Origin: Promethearchaeota archaeon | GTDB taxonomy: Archaea > Asgardarchaeota > Lokiarchaeia > Sigyniarchaeales > SOKP01 | DNA: 64,000 nt | Assembly: GCA_011364925.1 (NCBI GenBank) | Contig: RDOA01000001.1 | Span: 93,997-157,996, forward strand | Reading direction: 5' to 3' | Shown here: positions 19,563 to 32,200 of the stretch, piece after piece | How positions within the stretch are numbered: the stretch's first letter is position 1 | Layout of the letters: every line of letters begins with the position of its first letter | Made by a program: the position numbers and the translations under genes | The notes under the pieces: model-generated | Told to the model about the DNA's origin: nothing | Seen by the model: the letters and a program-made list of their open reading frames with translations, nothing else | Databases searched by the model: none

Positions 19563-19795
19563 GTTATTTGTTTCTAAGCACCAGAGACGATTTTACATTC
19601 ATTTAAGATACAAATATTACACGTAAAATTACTCAGACATAAACCATAATATATAGTCACAAGAAAATTTAGTCAAAAAGGCACATCCACTCCCATTTGG
19701 AAGATAACTCATTTTTTTTTATCATTTTGTTTAAAGAAAACATATAAAAAGACTAGTTTTTACAATCTTATTAAAATACATGAAAGGAACTAACT

Positions 19796-20539
19796 ATGGA
19801 GCCTACTGTTATAGAAGTAACTGGAGGAATATTAAGCCTATGTTATATAACTATAACGCTGATTTTAAGCATTATTTTAATCTATAAGTATTTTAAACTC
19901 CAATATAAAGAAGTTCTTTACGTTGGAATGGCACTCGTGGGTTTGGCGGGACCATGGTTTCCAGAAGGACTAGGCTTTTTATTAATATTAGTAACTGGAG
20001 GAGGATTAAGTGATGTATTTTACTTAAACGGTGTTATAACAATCTTTATCGTTTTTACGGCGTATCTACCTGTAGCACTCTTGTTTTGGTTATCAGCAAT
20101 TATGAAACTTGTAAACTTTGAGAAATCAAAGCTATACTTAAGGATTTCTCTGGTACTTGCTGCTATTTTCGAGATTGTATTTTTCGTGTTCGCAATCGTT
20201 GATTTAAGATTAATTGGCACCTTTATTGATGTGTTCAATTCTAGAGAAAGTACCTTTATATTCGTCTTTTATATGTGTTCTATGATCATTTTATTAATTA
20301 CTGCGATCATGTTTTCGTATGTTTCAATGAAATCGGAAAGTCGCAAAGTTAGATTGAAAGGCAAACTTTTTCTAATAAGTATGATCCTCTTCTTAATAGG
20401 TGGATTTATTGCTACAATCGCAACTGACATCATTCTTCTTATAATCTCGAGGGTCGTTTTAGTGTTCTGTTCAATTACACTCTATTTAGGCCTTTTATTA
20501 CCAAATCAAATACTAAAATTATTGAAAATAACTGAATAA
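19796..20539 (+). CDS. Hypothetical seven-transmembrane protein
   Basis: Seven hydrophobic segments; basic loop SESRKVRLKGK before TM6. Confidence 0.7.
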   Translation: MEPTVIEVTGGILSLCYITITLILSIILIYKYFKLQYKEVLYVGMALVGLAGPWFPEGLGFLLILVTGGGLSDVFYLNGVITIFIVFTAYLPVALLFWLSAIMKLVNFEKSKLYLRISLVLAAIFEIVFFVFAIVDLRLIGTFIDVFNSRESTFIFVFYMCSMIILLITAIMFSYVSMKSESRKVRLKGKLFLISMILFLIGGFIATIATDIILLIISRVVLVFCSITLYLGLLLPNQILKLLKITE

Positions 20540-20689
20540 CTTAATCACTTTTTTTATTTTATTACTTAACAGATAAAATCATAAAAAAGCAGTTTTTAAA
20601 GCTGTTATTCTTAGTAATAGTGTTAATAACTTCTAAATTCATAAAAGAAGATGGAAAAATATATAAAACAATAATTTTTAATCTTTCAG

Positions 20690-21019
20690 TGACACATGAG
20701 ATATGGGGCTGACGGTGAACTTGATTCGCTGAGGAACCTCGCCTCACGTTTCCAAACTTGGAGTAGAGAACTACTACGGTGAAAACCGTATTTTAGCAAC
20801 TGAAACGGCACTGCCCTTTTACGCACATTAATGACTTGGATGTAAGCCAGAGAAATTGTAATCGGGAACGGTTGGAACGAGCTAAAACCAGGGTGCAAGG
20901 CCAAATGAAAGCGATGAAGATTTGGAACGAGCTTTAGGTAGGCCGCTTAGTTTGATGCCCCACCTATTTTTTGGCAACGAAAAATAGGACAAAAAGGCGG
21001 GTATATATCTCAGGTGTCA
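20690..21019 (+). ncRNA. rnpB: Archaeal RNase P RNA
   Basis: GC-rich non-coding island. P1 pairs TGACACATGAGATAT with ATATCTCAGGTGTCA. CR-I GAGGAACCTCGCC pairs with CR-V ACAAAAAGGCGGGT (P4 with bulged U). Also TGAAACGGC, GGGTGCAAGG and GCCGCTTAG..GATGCC. TATA-like ATATAAAA near 20661; T-run downstream. Confidence 0.9.
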
Positions 21020-21072
21020 TCCTTTTTTCCAATTGACTAACTACATTGCAAAATTAAATTCAGTAGGAATTG

Positions 21073-21690
21073 TTAAAAATCTCTTGACTTTCCCTTCATA
21101 TCAAAATCTGCGATAACCCCGCTTCTATTCTTAAATTCCCAATTTCTGTCAAAATCGTTGTACTTCCAGAAATGGGTATTACATATCCGTAGATTCTTAA
21201 GGAATATACCGTATGGTGAATTTTCAATCGTTTGCGGATTGATTCCATCAAGTCCAGGGGTATATGACAGTTTCATTTCGCCGTATGGCATTTTGATATG
21301 GAATGTGTTATTCTCTTGCTCTAAACTAATATCCACATATCTAATACCTAAAGTTTTTTTTAAAAGAATACTACCAGGGATATTGTTTATAAAAAAAGGT
21401 TCTATATACCTTCTCTGTTCCTCTGAGGTTTCACTATTAATATAGAGTCCTCCTTCTCCCCCTTTAGTTAAAACATCTGCAGCCTTATTTGAAAACAAAT
21501 CTACTACATTTATTGCTAATACTCCACTGATATCCACTTCACCGATCTTCCCTTCGTTAATTTGGAATAATTGAAATGATTTACAAGGAGTTTCACGGTC
21601 TCTACCGAAATAAAACGAGCAATGACCTTCAGAGGCACACGCTTCATACCATTTACCTTTTGTGCTCCAACTTATTCGTTCTTTTGACAT
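21073..21690 (-). CDS. DUF1326-like protein
   Basis: W...G.WYEAC...HC, I.EG..G.VDISG, GLYI...SEEQR, WEFKNRSG....FD. Confidence 0.65.
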   Translation of the reverse strand: MSKERISWSTKGKWYEACASEGHCSFYFGRDRETPCKSFQLFQINEGKIGEVDISGVLAINVVDLFSNKAADVLTKGGEGGLYINSETSEEQRRYIEPFFINNIPGSILLKKTLGIRYVDISLEQENNTFHIKMPYGEMKLSYTPGLDGINPQTIENSPYGIFLKNLRICNTHFWKYNDFDRNWEFKNRSGVIADFDMKGKSRDF

Positions 21691-21795
21691 AAAATTCCAT
21701 CCCTTATGGATTAGAATACCTTTTAATTATGAATTACTCAATATATTAAATGGATAGGATGGAATTTATATATATGGTTAGAAACAATCAACTTT

Positions 21796-21909
21796 TTATT
21801 CTTCGTCAATTAAACTAAATGTGCCTTCTTCATTACCACATATGGGACATTTTTCAGGAATATCATCATTCTCGAACAAAGATCCACAAGTGTCGCATTT
21901 CCAACTCAT
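21796..21909 (-). CDS. 37-aa rubredoxin-like small protein (absent from the ORF track)
   Basis: Manual translation: MSWKCDTCGSLFENDDIPEKCPICGNEEGTFSLIDEE*, a WxCxxCG-x9-PxxCPxCG-like pattern. Confidence 0.82.
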   Translation of the reverse strand: MSWKCDTCGSLFENDDIPEKCPICGNEEGTFSLIDEE

Positions 21910-21998
21910 CGACTTTTAATTTCACTGATACAAAGTATGTAAAGTGTTATCGATAAACAACTAAAACAATAATTAAAATATTGTTATTTAAAGTTTAG

Positions 21999-22829
21999 CT
22001 AATGCGTTCCATTACTTTCAATCAGTTTCAGTTCCGTTTCACTCAAGGAAATATCTGCTGCTTTAGCGTTTTCCTCCACATGCTTTATGTGGAATGCTTT
22101 AGGAATAGACATTACATTTTTATGGTTAATTAACCAAGCTATTGCTATTTGTTGAATAGTAGCATTATGTGATTCTGCTATCTTGTTAATTGTTTCTCTT
22201 AATTCTCCTTTCAAAGAAGTATAGCCTCTATGTCCTAATGGACTATAGGCAGTTAAAGTTACTCCCTTTTCCGTATAATATGGTAAGGAATCCACAATGT
22301 GCTCTTGTTTAGTAATATTAGCGTGTAATTGATTTGTGACCAGTTCGGCGTTAAGGTATGTTTGACTCTTTTTGAACTGTTCTACTGAAAAATTGCTTAC
22401 GCCTACGTATCTAGCCTTTCCTTCTTTTATCAAAAAATCCAATATTTTCATTTGTTTTTGCTTAGAGGTTATCGGAGATGGCCAATGGATCAAGTATAAA
22501 TCAAAATTTTTTATACCTAAACGCTTTAAACTTCTATACGCTGCTTTTTTCATAGCATTAAATCCCATATGCATAGGAAATAATTTACTAGTAATAAACA
22601 ACTCATCTCTATCGTATTCAGCTATAACCTCTCCGACAGTTTTTTCCGAAGTTCCAAGTCCATAAAACTCAGCTGTATCTATATGAGTCATCCCAAGTTC
22701 TATTCCTTTTCGTAGAGAGCTTTTCCACGAGTTATAGTATTCTTTATTTTTTCCTTTCTTAATTCCCCAAGTACCTTGACCAAGAATAGGAATTTGTTCT
22801 CCCGTTTTTCCTAAATTAATTTTTCTCAT
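21999..22829 (-). CDS. Aldo/keto reductase
   Basis: LGQGTWG, IDTAEFYG.G.SE, LFITSK, DLYLIHWP, GVSNFS, AYSPLG, IPKA...HVEEN. Confidence 0.95.
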   Translation of the reverse strand: MRKINLGKTGEQIPILGQGTWGIKKGKNKEYYNSWKSSLRKGIELGMTHIDTAEFYGLGTSEKTVGEVIAEYDRDELFITSKLFPMHMGFNAMKKAAYRSLKRLGIKNFDLYLIHWPSPITSKQKQMKILDFLIKEGKARYVGVSNFSVEQFKKSQTYLNAELVTNQLHANITKQEHIVDSLPYYTEKGVTLTAYSPLGHRGYTSLKGELRETINKIAESHNATIQQIAIAWLINHKNVMSIPKAFHIKHVEENAKAADISLSETELKLIESNGTH

Positions 22830-23248
22830 AATTTTAAAAAAATCATCGCAGAATTTAATCATCTACATTTATAATTATAATCATTTTTTGAAAAAATTCA
22901 AGATGAGATTAGGAGTTAGAATAACTGTTTTAATGTACTTAGACTAGTAATTATCTGTAATTAATTCTATCTATTTTGCCATACAAGAATTAAGCTTTTA
23001 AATCTAGCACTGGATAAAGACGACATAATTAATTGAGCTTCTTGATTTTCCCTTTTTTCACGGGATAAAACGAGACAGACAAAAAATTATATATATTTTG
23101 TGAAATCATAAAATAATATTATAATAAGGCGTTAATAACCTCCAATAAATTTGGGTTTTGTGCGCTTCGTATAATGTCATAGGGATCATCGTTATCCAAA
23201 TTTAGTAAAAACATAAGTTTGTAATTATATTCAGCAAAGGCGATAATC

Positions 23249-26200
23249 ATTAAAAAGTATAGATATTTTAGGTTTAAAAGTTCATCAATACCGACGAAGA
23301 AGAGACTTGCTCTCACTTTTATCGTAAGTCTTGTTTGTATTGTTATCGTAAGTAGTTTTTTCTCTTATAATAATTCAACAAATATCTTGAATAATATGAA
23401 TAACAACAGAAGGATTGAATACAAGTCACCAAATATTTCTGTCCCACCAACTTTCGATCTGGATTATCCTTTAAATTATTCGTTGTATGGGAAACTTGCT
23501 CCGAATTATTCTTTATCAAAAATTAAAACGGGAAATTATACATGGTATGAATTCTTGGATATCAGTACAAATTCAACGCCAGTAGAATTAGAAGGCACTG
23601 TAAATGAAAATTTTATTGGGACGTTTAACCAATCGATGTGGGACTCTTTAAGCAACGGAACTGCTACAATTCGTTTTTATGTTAATAATTCATTGGGTGA
23701 AATAAGCTTTCTAGACGCAATAATTAGAATTGATATTACAGATCCTTCCATCGACAGTATTGATTCACCCTCGCCAGGAACATGGTTTAGCGCTACACCC
23801 CCAAGTTATAGCCTTTCCATCACAGAGAAGAATCTTGACACTATCTGGTACACGCTCGATGAAGGGACGAACAACTACACCGGAGCGACGAGTGGAACGA
23901 TCGATTCTACCGCCTGGACTAACGCGGGTGACGGCGCAGTTACAATTACGTTCTACGTAAACGATTCTGTAGGTAATTGGGCGTCTTCAAGCGTAGGTGT
24001 TAACAAGGACAGTCTTGATCCTATAATCGATAGCATCGATTCTCCCTTGTCAGGAGCGTGGTATAGTAGTGCCCCTCCAAGTTATAGTCTATCCATAACG
24101 GAAGCGAATTTGGATTCTATCTGGTACACGCTAGATGGAGGATCGAACAATTACACCGGAGCGACGAGCGGAACGATCGATTCTACCGCCTGGACTAACG
24201 CGGGTGACGGCTTAGTTACAATTATGTTCTACGTAAACGATTCAGTAGGTAATATTGATTTTGCGAGTGTAGGTATAAACAAAGATACGCTTGACCCTTC
24301 TATCGACAGCATCGATTCGCCATTGTCAGGGGCGTGGTTTAATAGTGCTCCTCCAGATTATAGTCTTTCCATCACCGAGACGAATTTGGATTCTATTTGG
24401 TATACGCTCGATGGAGGGACAAACAACTTCACCGGAGCAACGAGCGGAACGATCGATTCTACCGCTTGGACTAACGCAGGTGACGGCGCAGTTACGATTA
24501 CGTTTTACGTAAACGATTCTTTGGGTAACTGGGATACCGCAAGTGTTATTGTTAACAAGGACACCCTTGATCCTTCTATCGACAGCATCGATTCTCCATC
24601 ATCTGGGGCGTGGTTTGATAATAATCCCCCAAGTTATAGCCTTTCCATCACGGAACCGAATTTGGATTCTATCTGGCACACGCTTGATGGAGGTTCGAAC
24701 AACTACACCGGAGGGGCGAGTGGAACTATCGACTCTACAGCTTGGATTAACGCGGGAGACGGTGCAGTTACGATTACATTTTATGTAAACGATTCCGTGG
24801 GTAATTTAGATAAAGCGAGTGTTATAGTTAACAAAGATACCCTTGATCCTTCCATTGATAGCATCGATTCGCCCATTTCTGGAGCTTGGTTTAGTAGCGT
24901 TCCTCCAAGTTATAGTCTTTCCATCACTGAGGCGAATCTAGACTCGATTTGGTACACGCTTGATGGAGGATCGAACAACTACACCGGAGCGATGAGCGGA
25001 ACGATCGACTCCACAGCATGGACCAACGCGGGTGACGGCGCAGTTACAATTACGTTTTATGTAAACGATTCCGTGGGCAATATCGATTTTGCAAGCGTAG
25101 CAGTTAATAAAGATACGGTCGATCCTTCTATCGACAATATTGATTCACCATTGTCGGGAGCTTGGTTTGCTGGTACTCCCCCTAGTTATACTTTATCCAT
25201 AACAGAGACAAACCTAAACTCGATTTGGTACACGCTCGATGGAGGTGTGAACAACTACACTGGAGCAACGAGCGGAACGATCGACTCCACAGCATGGACC
25301 AACATGGGTGACGGCGCAGTTACAATTACGTTTTACGTAAACGATTCCGCTGGAAATTTAAATTTTGCGAGTGTAATAATCAATAAAGATAGCGTGAATC
25401 CTTCCATTGATAGCATCAATTCTCCATCGTCTGGTGCGTGGTTTAATAATAATCCTCCAAGTTATAGTCTTTCCATCACCGAGACGAATTTAGACTCAAT
25501 TTGGTATACGCTCGATGGAGGTGCGAACAACTACACAGGAGCAACGAGCGGAACGATCTATTCTACCGCTTGGACTAACGTGGGTAACGGGGCAGTTACA
25601 ATTACGTTTTACGTAAACGATTCCGCTGGTAACTGGGCTTCCTCAAGCGTGGTAATTAACAAAGATAGCATAGATCCTTCTATCGACAGTATTGATTCGC
25701 CTTCTTCGGGCGCTTGGTTTGGTAGTAATCCTCCAAGTTATAGTCTTTCCATCACCGAGACGAATCTAGATTCTATTTGGTACACGCTCGATGGAGGTAC
25801 AAACAACTACACCGGAGGTGCGAGTGGAACTATTGATTCTACCGCCTGGACTAACGCGGGTGATGGTCTTGTAACGATTACTTTTTATGTAAACGACTCC
25901 GCAGGCAATATCGATTTTGCGAGCGTAGCAGTTAACAAAGATACCCTTGACCCTTCCATCGATAGCATCGATTCCCCATCACCGGGAGTGTGGTTTAGTG
26001 GTACTCCTCCAAGTTACAGCTTATCTATCACTGAAACGAATTTGGATTCTATTTGGTACACGCTTGATGGAGGTATAAACAACTACACTGGAGGTTCGAG
26101 TGGAATTATTGATTCTACCGCCTGGACTAACGCGGGTGATAGTCTTGTAACGATTATTTTTTATGTAAACGACTCCGCAGGCAATATCGATTTTGCGAGT

Positions 26201-29200
26201 GTAGCAGTTAACAAAGATACCCTTGACCCTTCCATCGATAGCATCGATTCCCCCTCGTCTGGAGCTTGGTTTGGTAGTGATCCTCCAAGCTACAGCTTAT
26301 CCATCACTGAGGCAAACCTAGACTCGATTTGGTACACCCTTGATGGAGGTACGAACAATTACACTGGAACAACGAGCGGAACGATTGACTCCACAGCCTG
26401 GACTAATGCAGGTGAAGGTGCAGTTACAATTACATTTTACGTAAACGATTCTGTAGGTAATTTGGATACCGCGAGCGTCGTAGTTAACAAAGATAGCGTT
26501 AATCCTTCTATTGATAGCATTGATTCACCATCTTCGGGAGCGTGGATTAGTAACACTCCCCCAACATATAGCCTTTCAATAACTGAAACGAATTTGGATG
26601 AAATCTGGTATACGCTCGATGATGGCATAAACAATTATACAGGAGCGGTAAGTGGAACGATTGACTCCACAGCCTGGACTAATGCGGGTGATGGTCTTGT
26701 AACGATTATTTTTTATGTAAACGACTCAACGGGTAATATTGCTTTTGCGAGCGTAGGTGTCAACAAAGATACCCTTGATCCTTCTATTGATAGCATTGAT
26801 TCGCCATCTTCGGGCGCGTGGTTTAGTAGTAATCCTCCAAGTTATAGCCTTTCCATCACCGAGACGAATTTGGATTCAATCTGGTATACGCTCGATGATG
26901 GTGCGAACAACTACACTGGAGGTTTGAGTGGAATTATTGATTCTACCGCCTGGACTAACGCGGGTGATGGTCTTGTAACGATTATTTTTTATGTAAACGA
27001 TTCCGCTGGTAATTGGGCATCCTCAAGCGTGGTAATTAACAAAGATAGCATAGATCCTTCTATCGACAGTATTGATTCACCTTCTTCGGGCGCTTGGTTT
27101 GGTAGCAATCCTCCAAGTTATAGTCTTTCCATCACCGAGGCGAATTTGGATTCAATCTGGTACACGCTCGATGGAGGTGCGAATAATTACACGGGAGCTA
27201 TAAGCGGAACGATTGATTCAACTGCATGGAGTATCGCGAGTCAGGGAGCAGTTACAATTACATTCTATGTAAACGATTCCGCTGGAAATTTAAATTTTGC
27301 AAGTGTAATAATCAATAAAGACAGCGTCGATCCTTCCATTGATAGCATCGATTCCCCATTACCGGGAGTGTGGTTTAGTAGTACTTCTCCAAGCTATAGT
27401 TTATCCATCACCGAGACGAATTTGGATTCAATCTGGTATACGCTCGATGATGGTGCGAACAATTACACCGGAACGACGAGTGGAACGATAGACTCTACAG
27501 CTTGGACTAACGCGGGTCAGGGATCCGTTACAATTACGTTTTTTGTAAACGATTCCGCTGGTAATTGGGTTTCCTCAAGCGTAGTAATTAACAAAGATAG
27601 CGTTGATCCTTCCATTGATAGTATCGATTCGCCATCCTCAGGAGTGTGGTTTAGTAGCTCACCTCCAAGTTACAGTCTTTCCATCACCGAGACGAATCTG
27701 GATACTATTTGGTATACGCTCGATGGGGGTACGAATAATTATACGGGAGCAGCTAGCGGAACGATAAACTCTACAGCTTGGGCTAACGCAGGTCAGGGAA
27801 CTATTACGATTACATTTTATGTGAACGATTCTGCAGGCAACTGGGCCTCTTCTAGCGTGATAATTAACAAAGATAGCGTTGATCCTTCCATTGATAGCAT
27901 CGATTCCCCATTACTGGGAATGTGGTTTAGTAGTACTCCTCCAAGTTATAGTCTTTCCATCACCGAGACGAATTTAGACTCAATTTGGTACACGCTCGAT
28001 GGAGGGACGACCAACTATACTGGAACAACGAGCGGAACGATTGATTCTACAGAATGGAGTAACGCTGGACAAGGTGCAGTTACGATTACATTTTATGTAA
28101 ATGATTCTGCAGGTAACTGGGCTTCTTCAAGCGTAGTAATTAACAAAGATAGCGTTGTTCCTTCTATCGACAGTATTGATTCGCCATCACCCAGTGAGTG
28201 GTTCAGCAGTAGTCCTCCTAGCTATAGTCTTTCCATTACTGAGACAAATTTAGACTCAATTTGGTACACGCTTGATGGAGGTATAAACAACTATACAGGA
28301 GCAGTAAGTGGAACTATCGATTCTACTGCTTGGTCTAACGCAGGACAAGGACCAGTTACGATTATTTTCTATGTAAACGATTCTGCAGGTAATTTAGCTT
28401 ATTCAAGTGTTGGAATTAATAAAGATAGTATTGATCCCTCGATAAATAGTATCAATTCGCCCTCATCGGGGGCATGGTTTAGTGACACACCTCCTGGTTA
28501 TAGCTTATCCATTACCGAAGCAAATCTAGACTCGATTTGGTATACGTTAGATGGAGGTTTGAATAATTACGCGGGAGCGGCAAGTGGAACGATCGACTTG
28601 ACGGCATGGACTAACGCAGGTCAAGGAGCCGTCACGATAACATTCTATGTAAACGATTCTGCGAGTAATTTAGATTCTGCGAGTGTGATAGTTAATAAAG
28701 ATACCTTACCTCCAATTTTAGTACTTAACACTCCAATGAATAACACTTATGTGAATAATGCCCCTCCAATTAATATCACCGTCTATGATAATTTTGCTAC
28801 TCTAACTTATACAGTATTAGGATACTCTCCTCTTTCACTAACAAATCATACGGCTGTTACCCTTAATCCTGCTATTTGGAGTTCTCTGTCTCAAGGAGTG
28901 TTTTATGTTGTTATTAGTGGTTTCGATTTATTAGGGCAATCCTCTAATCTTACGATCACTCTGTATAAAGATACGATTGCACCCATTATAAGCATCACTT
29001 CACCTGTAAATAACACTTACTCGAATGTACCACCTTATTTAAATGTCAATGCTGTAGATCCGAACCTTGATACAATCTGGTATAGCGTAAATAATGTTAA
29101 TATCACTTTGCAAAATAACACGCTACAGGAGTTGAATAGCTCAATTTGGGCCAGCTTGCAAGACGAAGGACAGTATGAGGTTAAAATATATGCAAACGAT

Positions 29201-32200
29201 ACGTTTGGTCATTTAAATGATCTTTACACGCTTAATCTTTACAAAGATATTATTTATCCTACCTTAATAATAAATTCGCCATTAAATAATTCCTACTATA
29301 AGCTAGAACCTATTATTAATGTTGTAGTTAGTGATCCTTATTTCGATTCTTTATGGTATCGTGTTGGATCCCAGAACATTCCTTTAACTAATGACACAAA
29401 CCAACAATTAACCACTAGTATTTGGAATAATCTACCTGAAGAGGGAAGTTTTATAATTTATTTCTACGCTAACGATAGTGCTGGTAATTTAAACGACTTA
29501 TTTAGTTTGACTCTAAATAAGGATGTAAGAAATCCTGAAGTTATAATTATAAATCCAAACTCAAACGATTTATTCGGGGAACCCTCTCCTGAGTTCCAAA
29601 TTTCCATAAATGAACTTAATTTAAACAAGACATGGTACATGTTATACAACAATTCATGGAGCTCTTTGAATTACACTTTTAGCGGATTAACTGGAGTAAT
29701 TAATCAACTCGCTTGGGACGCATTCAAAAACACAGATGTAACCATTAGATTTTACGCAAACGATACACTGAATAATTTGGGTTATACCGAAGTTACAATT
29801 CGGAAGAATATAATTGCTCCAATAATGACTATTGTTGATCCCCAAGATAATGACTTATTCGGAATTGAAGCCCCAAATATTACGATTTATAAAGCAGGAA
29901 TAGAATTAAATACTACTTGGTACACCCTAGATGGTGGATTAACTAATTTTACTTTTTCAGGATTAAGCGTTGTCGTAAACCAAGATGCGTGGAATAATTA
30001 TGGATTTAGCGATGTAATTATCACTTTTTATGTTAACGATTCGTTAGGAAGAATCGGATTCGACCAGATAATTCTTAAAAAAGATCCAAATCCTCCACAA
30101 ATTCTGATTACTTTCATTAATCCGTCAACTAATAATTCCTATTGTGCAACAGAACCAACTTTCAGAATTGCGGCATATGATCCAAATTTAGTTTCAATTT
30201 GGTATCGGGTCGGTTTAACAAATATAACTTTTACAAATAATTCAGTCTTAATTCTTAACGATACAATCTGGAACAGCTTACCTCAAGGGAAATTCACGGT
30301 CGAGATTTTCGCTGTAGATCAATTAGGATATCTCAACGATTCAATAACCTTGACATTCCACAAGGACACACTTGCTCCTAAACTTGTAATTAATCAACCA
30401 GAGGACTATACCTACTATGATTCGCCACCTCCACTTAATGTTACTGTATATGACCCAAATTACTTATCTTTTTCTCTTACCTACACCGTTGTTGGATACC
30501 TCCCCGATGCTATCACATTAGAGAATAACACTGAGGAATTTCTAAATCCCGCCATTTGGAATAGTCTTCCCCAAGGAGAATTTTCTGTTAGTATTACTGC
30601 CAGAGATACTTTTAATCAACGAAACAATACATTCGTTCTTACGTTATACAAAGATACAATTGGGCCAATTTTTGAAAGCCTTATACCAGAGAATTTCAGT
30701 ACCTACAACTCTCCTCCAACTTTATTAATTTCTTATTCTGACCCCAACCTTCAAACTATTTATTATAAAGTTGGTACAAGTCCAATAATACCCATATCCA
30801 ACGGCATATCTCAAGATCTTGATTCCTCCATTTGGAGTGGCTTAACTGACGTATCTTTTACCATCGAATTTTATGCAAATGATACCTTTGGTCATATGAG
30901 CACTGTTGTGAATCTGACTCTTATTAAGGATACAACTATTCCTCTAATAACTATAAATTCTCCATTAAATAACACATATTATTCTACACCTCCTACTATG
31001 AATTTAGCTTTATTAGATCTCAATCCTGATACAATATGGTATACTGTTCTAGGTAGTAAAGTAATACTTTCGGGAATACAACCATTTGATAACTCTATAT
31101 GGAACAGTTTAGATCAAGGAGAATTTCAAGTATACATATTTGCTAACGATACTGCTGGTAATCTAAATAATACTCTTGTTTTGACATTACTTAAGGATAC
31201 AAAAGCTCCTTTAGTAACGGTTAATTTACCCCTAAACAATACCTATTGGAATACACGACCAACGATTAATGTGGAGGCCTTTGATCCAAACCTAAATCTT
31301 ATTCAATATCTTGTAGCAGGTGGTTATGTTACATTGCAGAATGGAAATGATTCGACACTTGTCCCAATATTATGGAATCTGCTTGGCGAAGGTGAATTTA
31401 CTCTGCAGATTTTTGCTTCTGATACATTTAGTCAAACTAATAGTTCGGTTATACTAACGCTCTATAAAGACACAATATTACCTAATATTGATATCATTTC
31501 CCCCCAACCTAACGATTTCTTTGGAGAGAATGCTCCCTTTGTGTCTATAGATGTTACTGATACGAATTTAGAAGAAATTTGGTACCGGTTAAGCAATGGA
31601 ACGGTTGTTACTAATAATTACCCATGGACAGGTTCTATTGATCAGTCTGTCTGGGACCAGGTCGGAAATGGAACCGTTACCATACGGATTTACGCCAACG
31701 ATACTGCGAGAAATGTACAATTTGAAGAGGTGGTAGTTCGAAAAAACATCTACGCTCCTATAATTAGTATCAATTATTTAGATAATCATTCTCCTTACGA
31801 TAACGAATTATTCGGAATAACTGCGCCTTATTTTGATATTTATACGTCAGGCTCAGAACTACAGTTAACTTGGTATACAATAAATAATGGTATTACAAAT
31901 TTTACATTTACTGGGTTAAGTGGTTCAATAAATCAATCAGCGTGGGATGATTTTGAATCTGGCACTGTTCATACTATAACTTTGACTTTCTATGTTAATG
32001 ATTCTCTCGGAAAAATTGGTTTCGATGAGATAATTATAAGAAAGGACATAGACATCCCAACAGTAGTTATAAATTCTCCTGTTGATCAAACTCCATTCGC
32101 ATCATCTCCGTTACTGGATCTGACTGTAACAGACCCAAATCTACACAAAGTTTGGTATAGTGTCAATGGTGAAACGAGAGATATTACGAACAATTTAACT

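Noticed and set aside
19796-20539. Microbial rhodopsin or schizorhodopsin call for the 7-TM protein
   Set aside because: No DxxxK-type retinal-binding lysine in helix 7.
20562-20904. Short minus-strand ORFs 20562..20747 and 20686..20904
   Set aside because: They overlap the RNase P RNA and have no protein-like features.
23730-24788. Alternate-frame ORFs within the giant repeat gene
   Set aside because: By-products of the repeated coding sequence.
23732-28699. Possible CRISPR array or DGR template/variable repeats
   Set aside because: The units are 276-bp in-frame coding repeats with no spacers. Differences are not adenine-specific, and no reverse transcriptase or cas gene is present.
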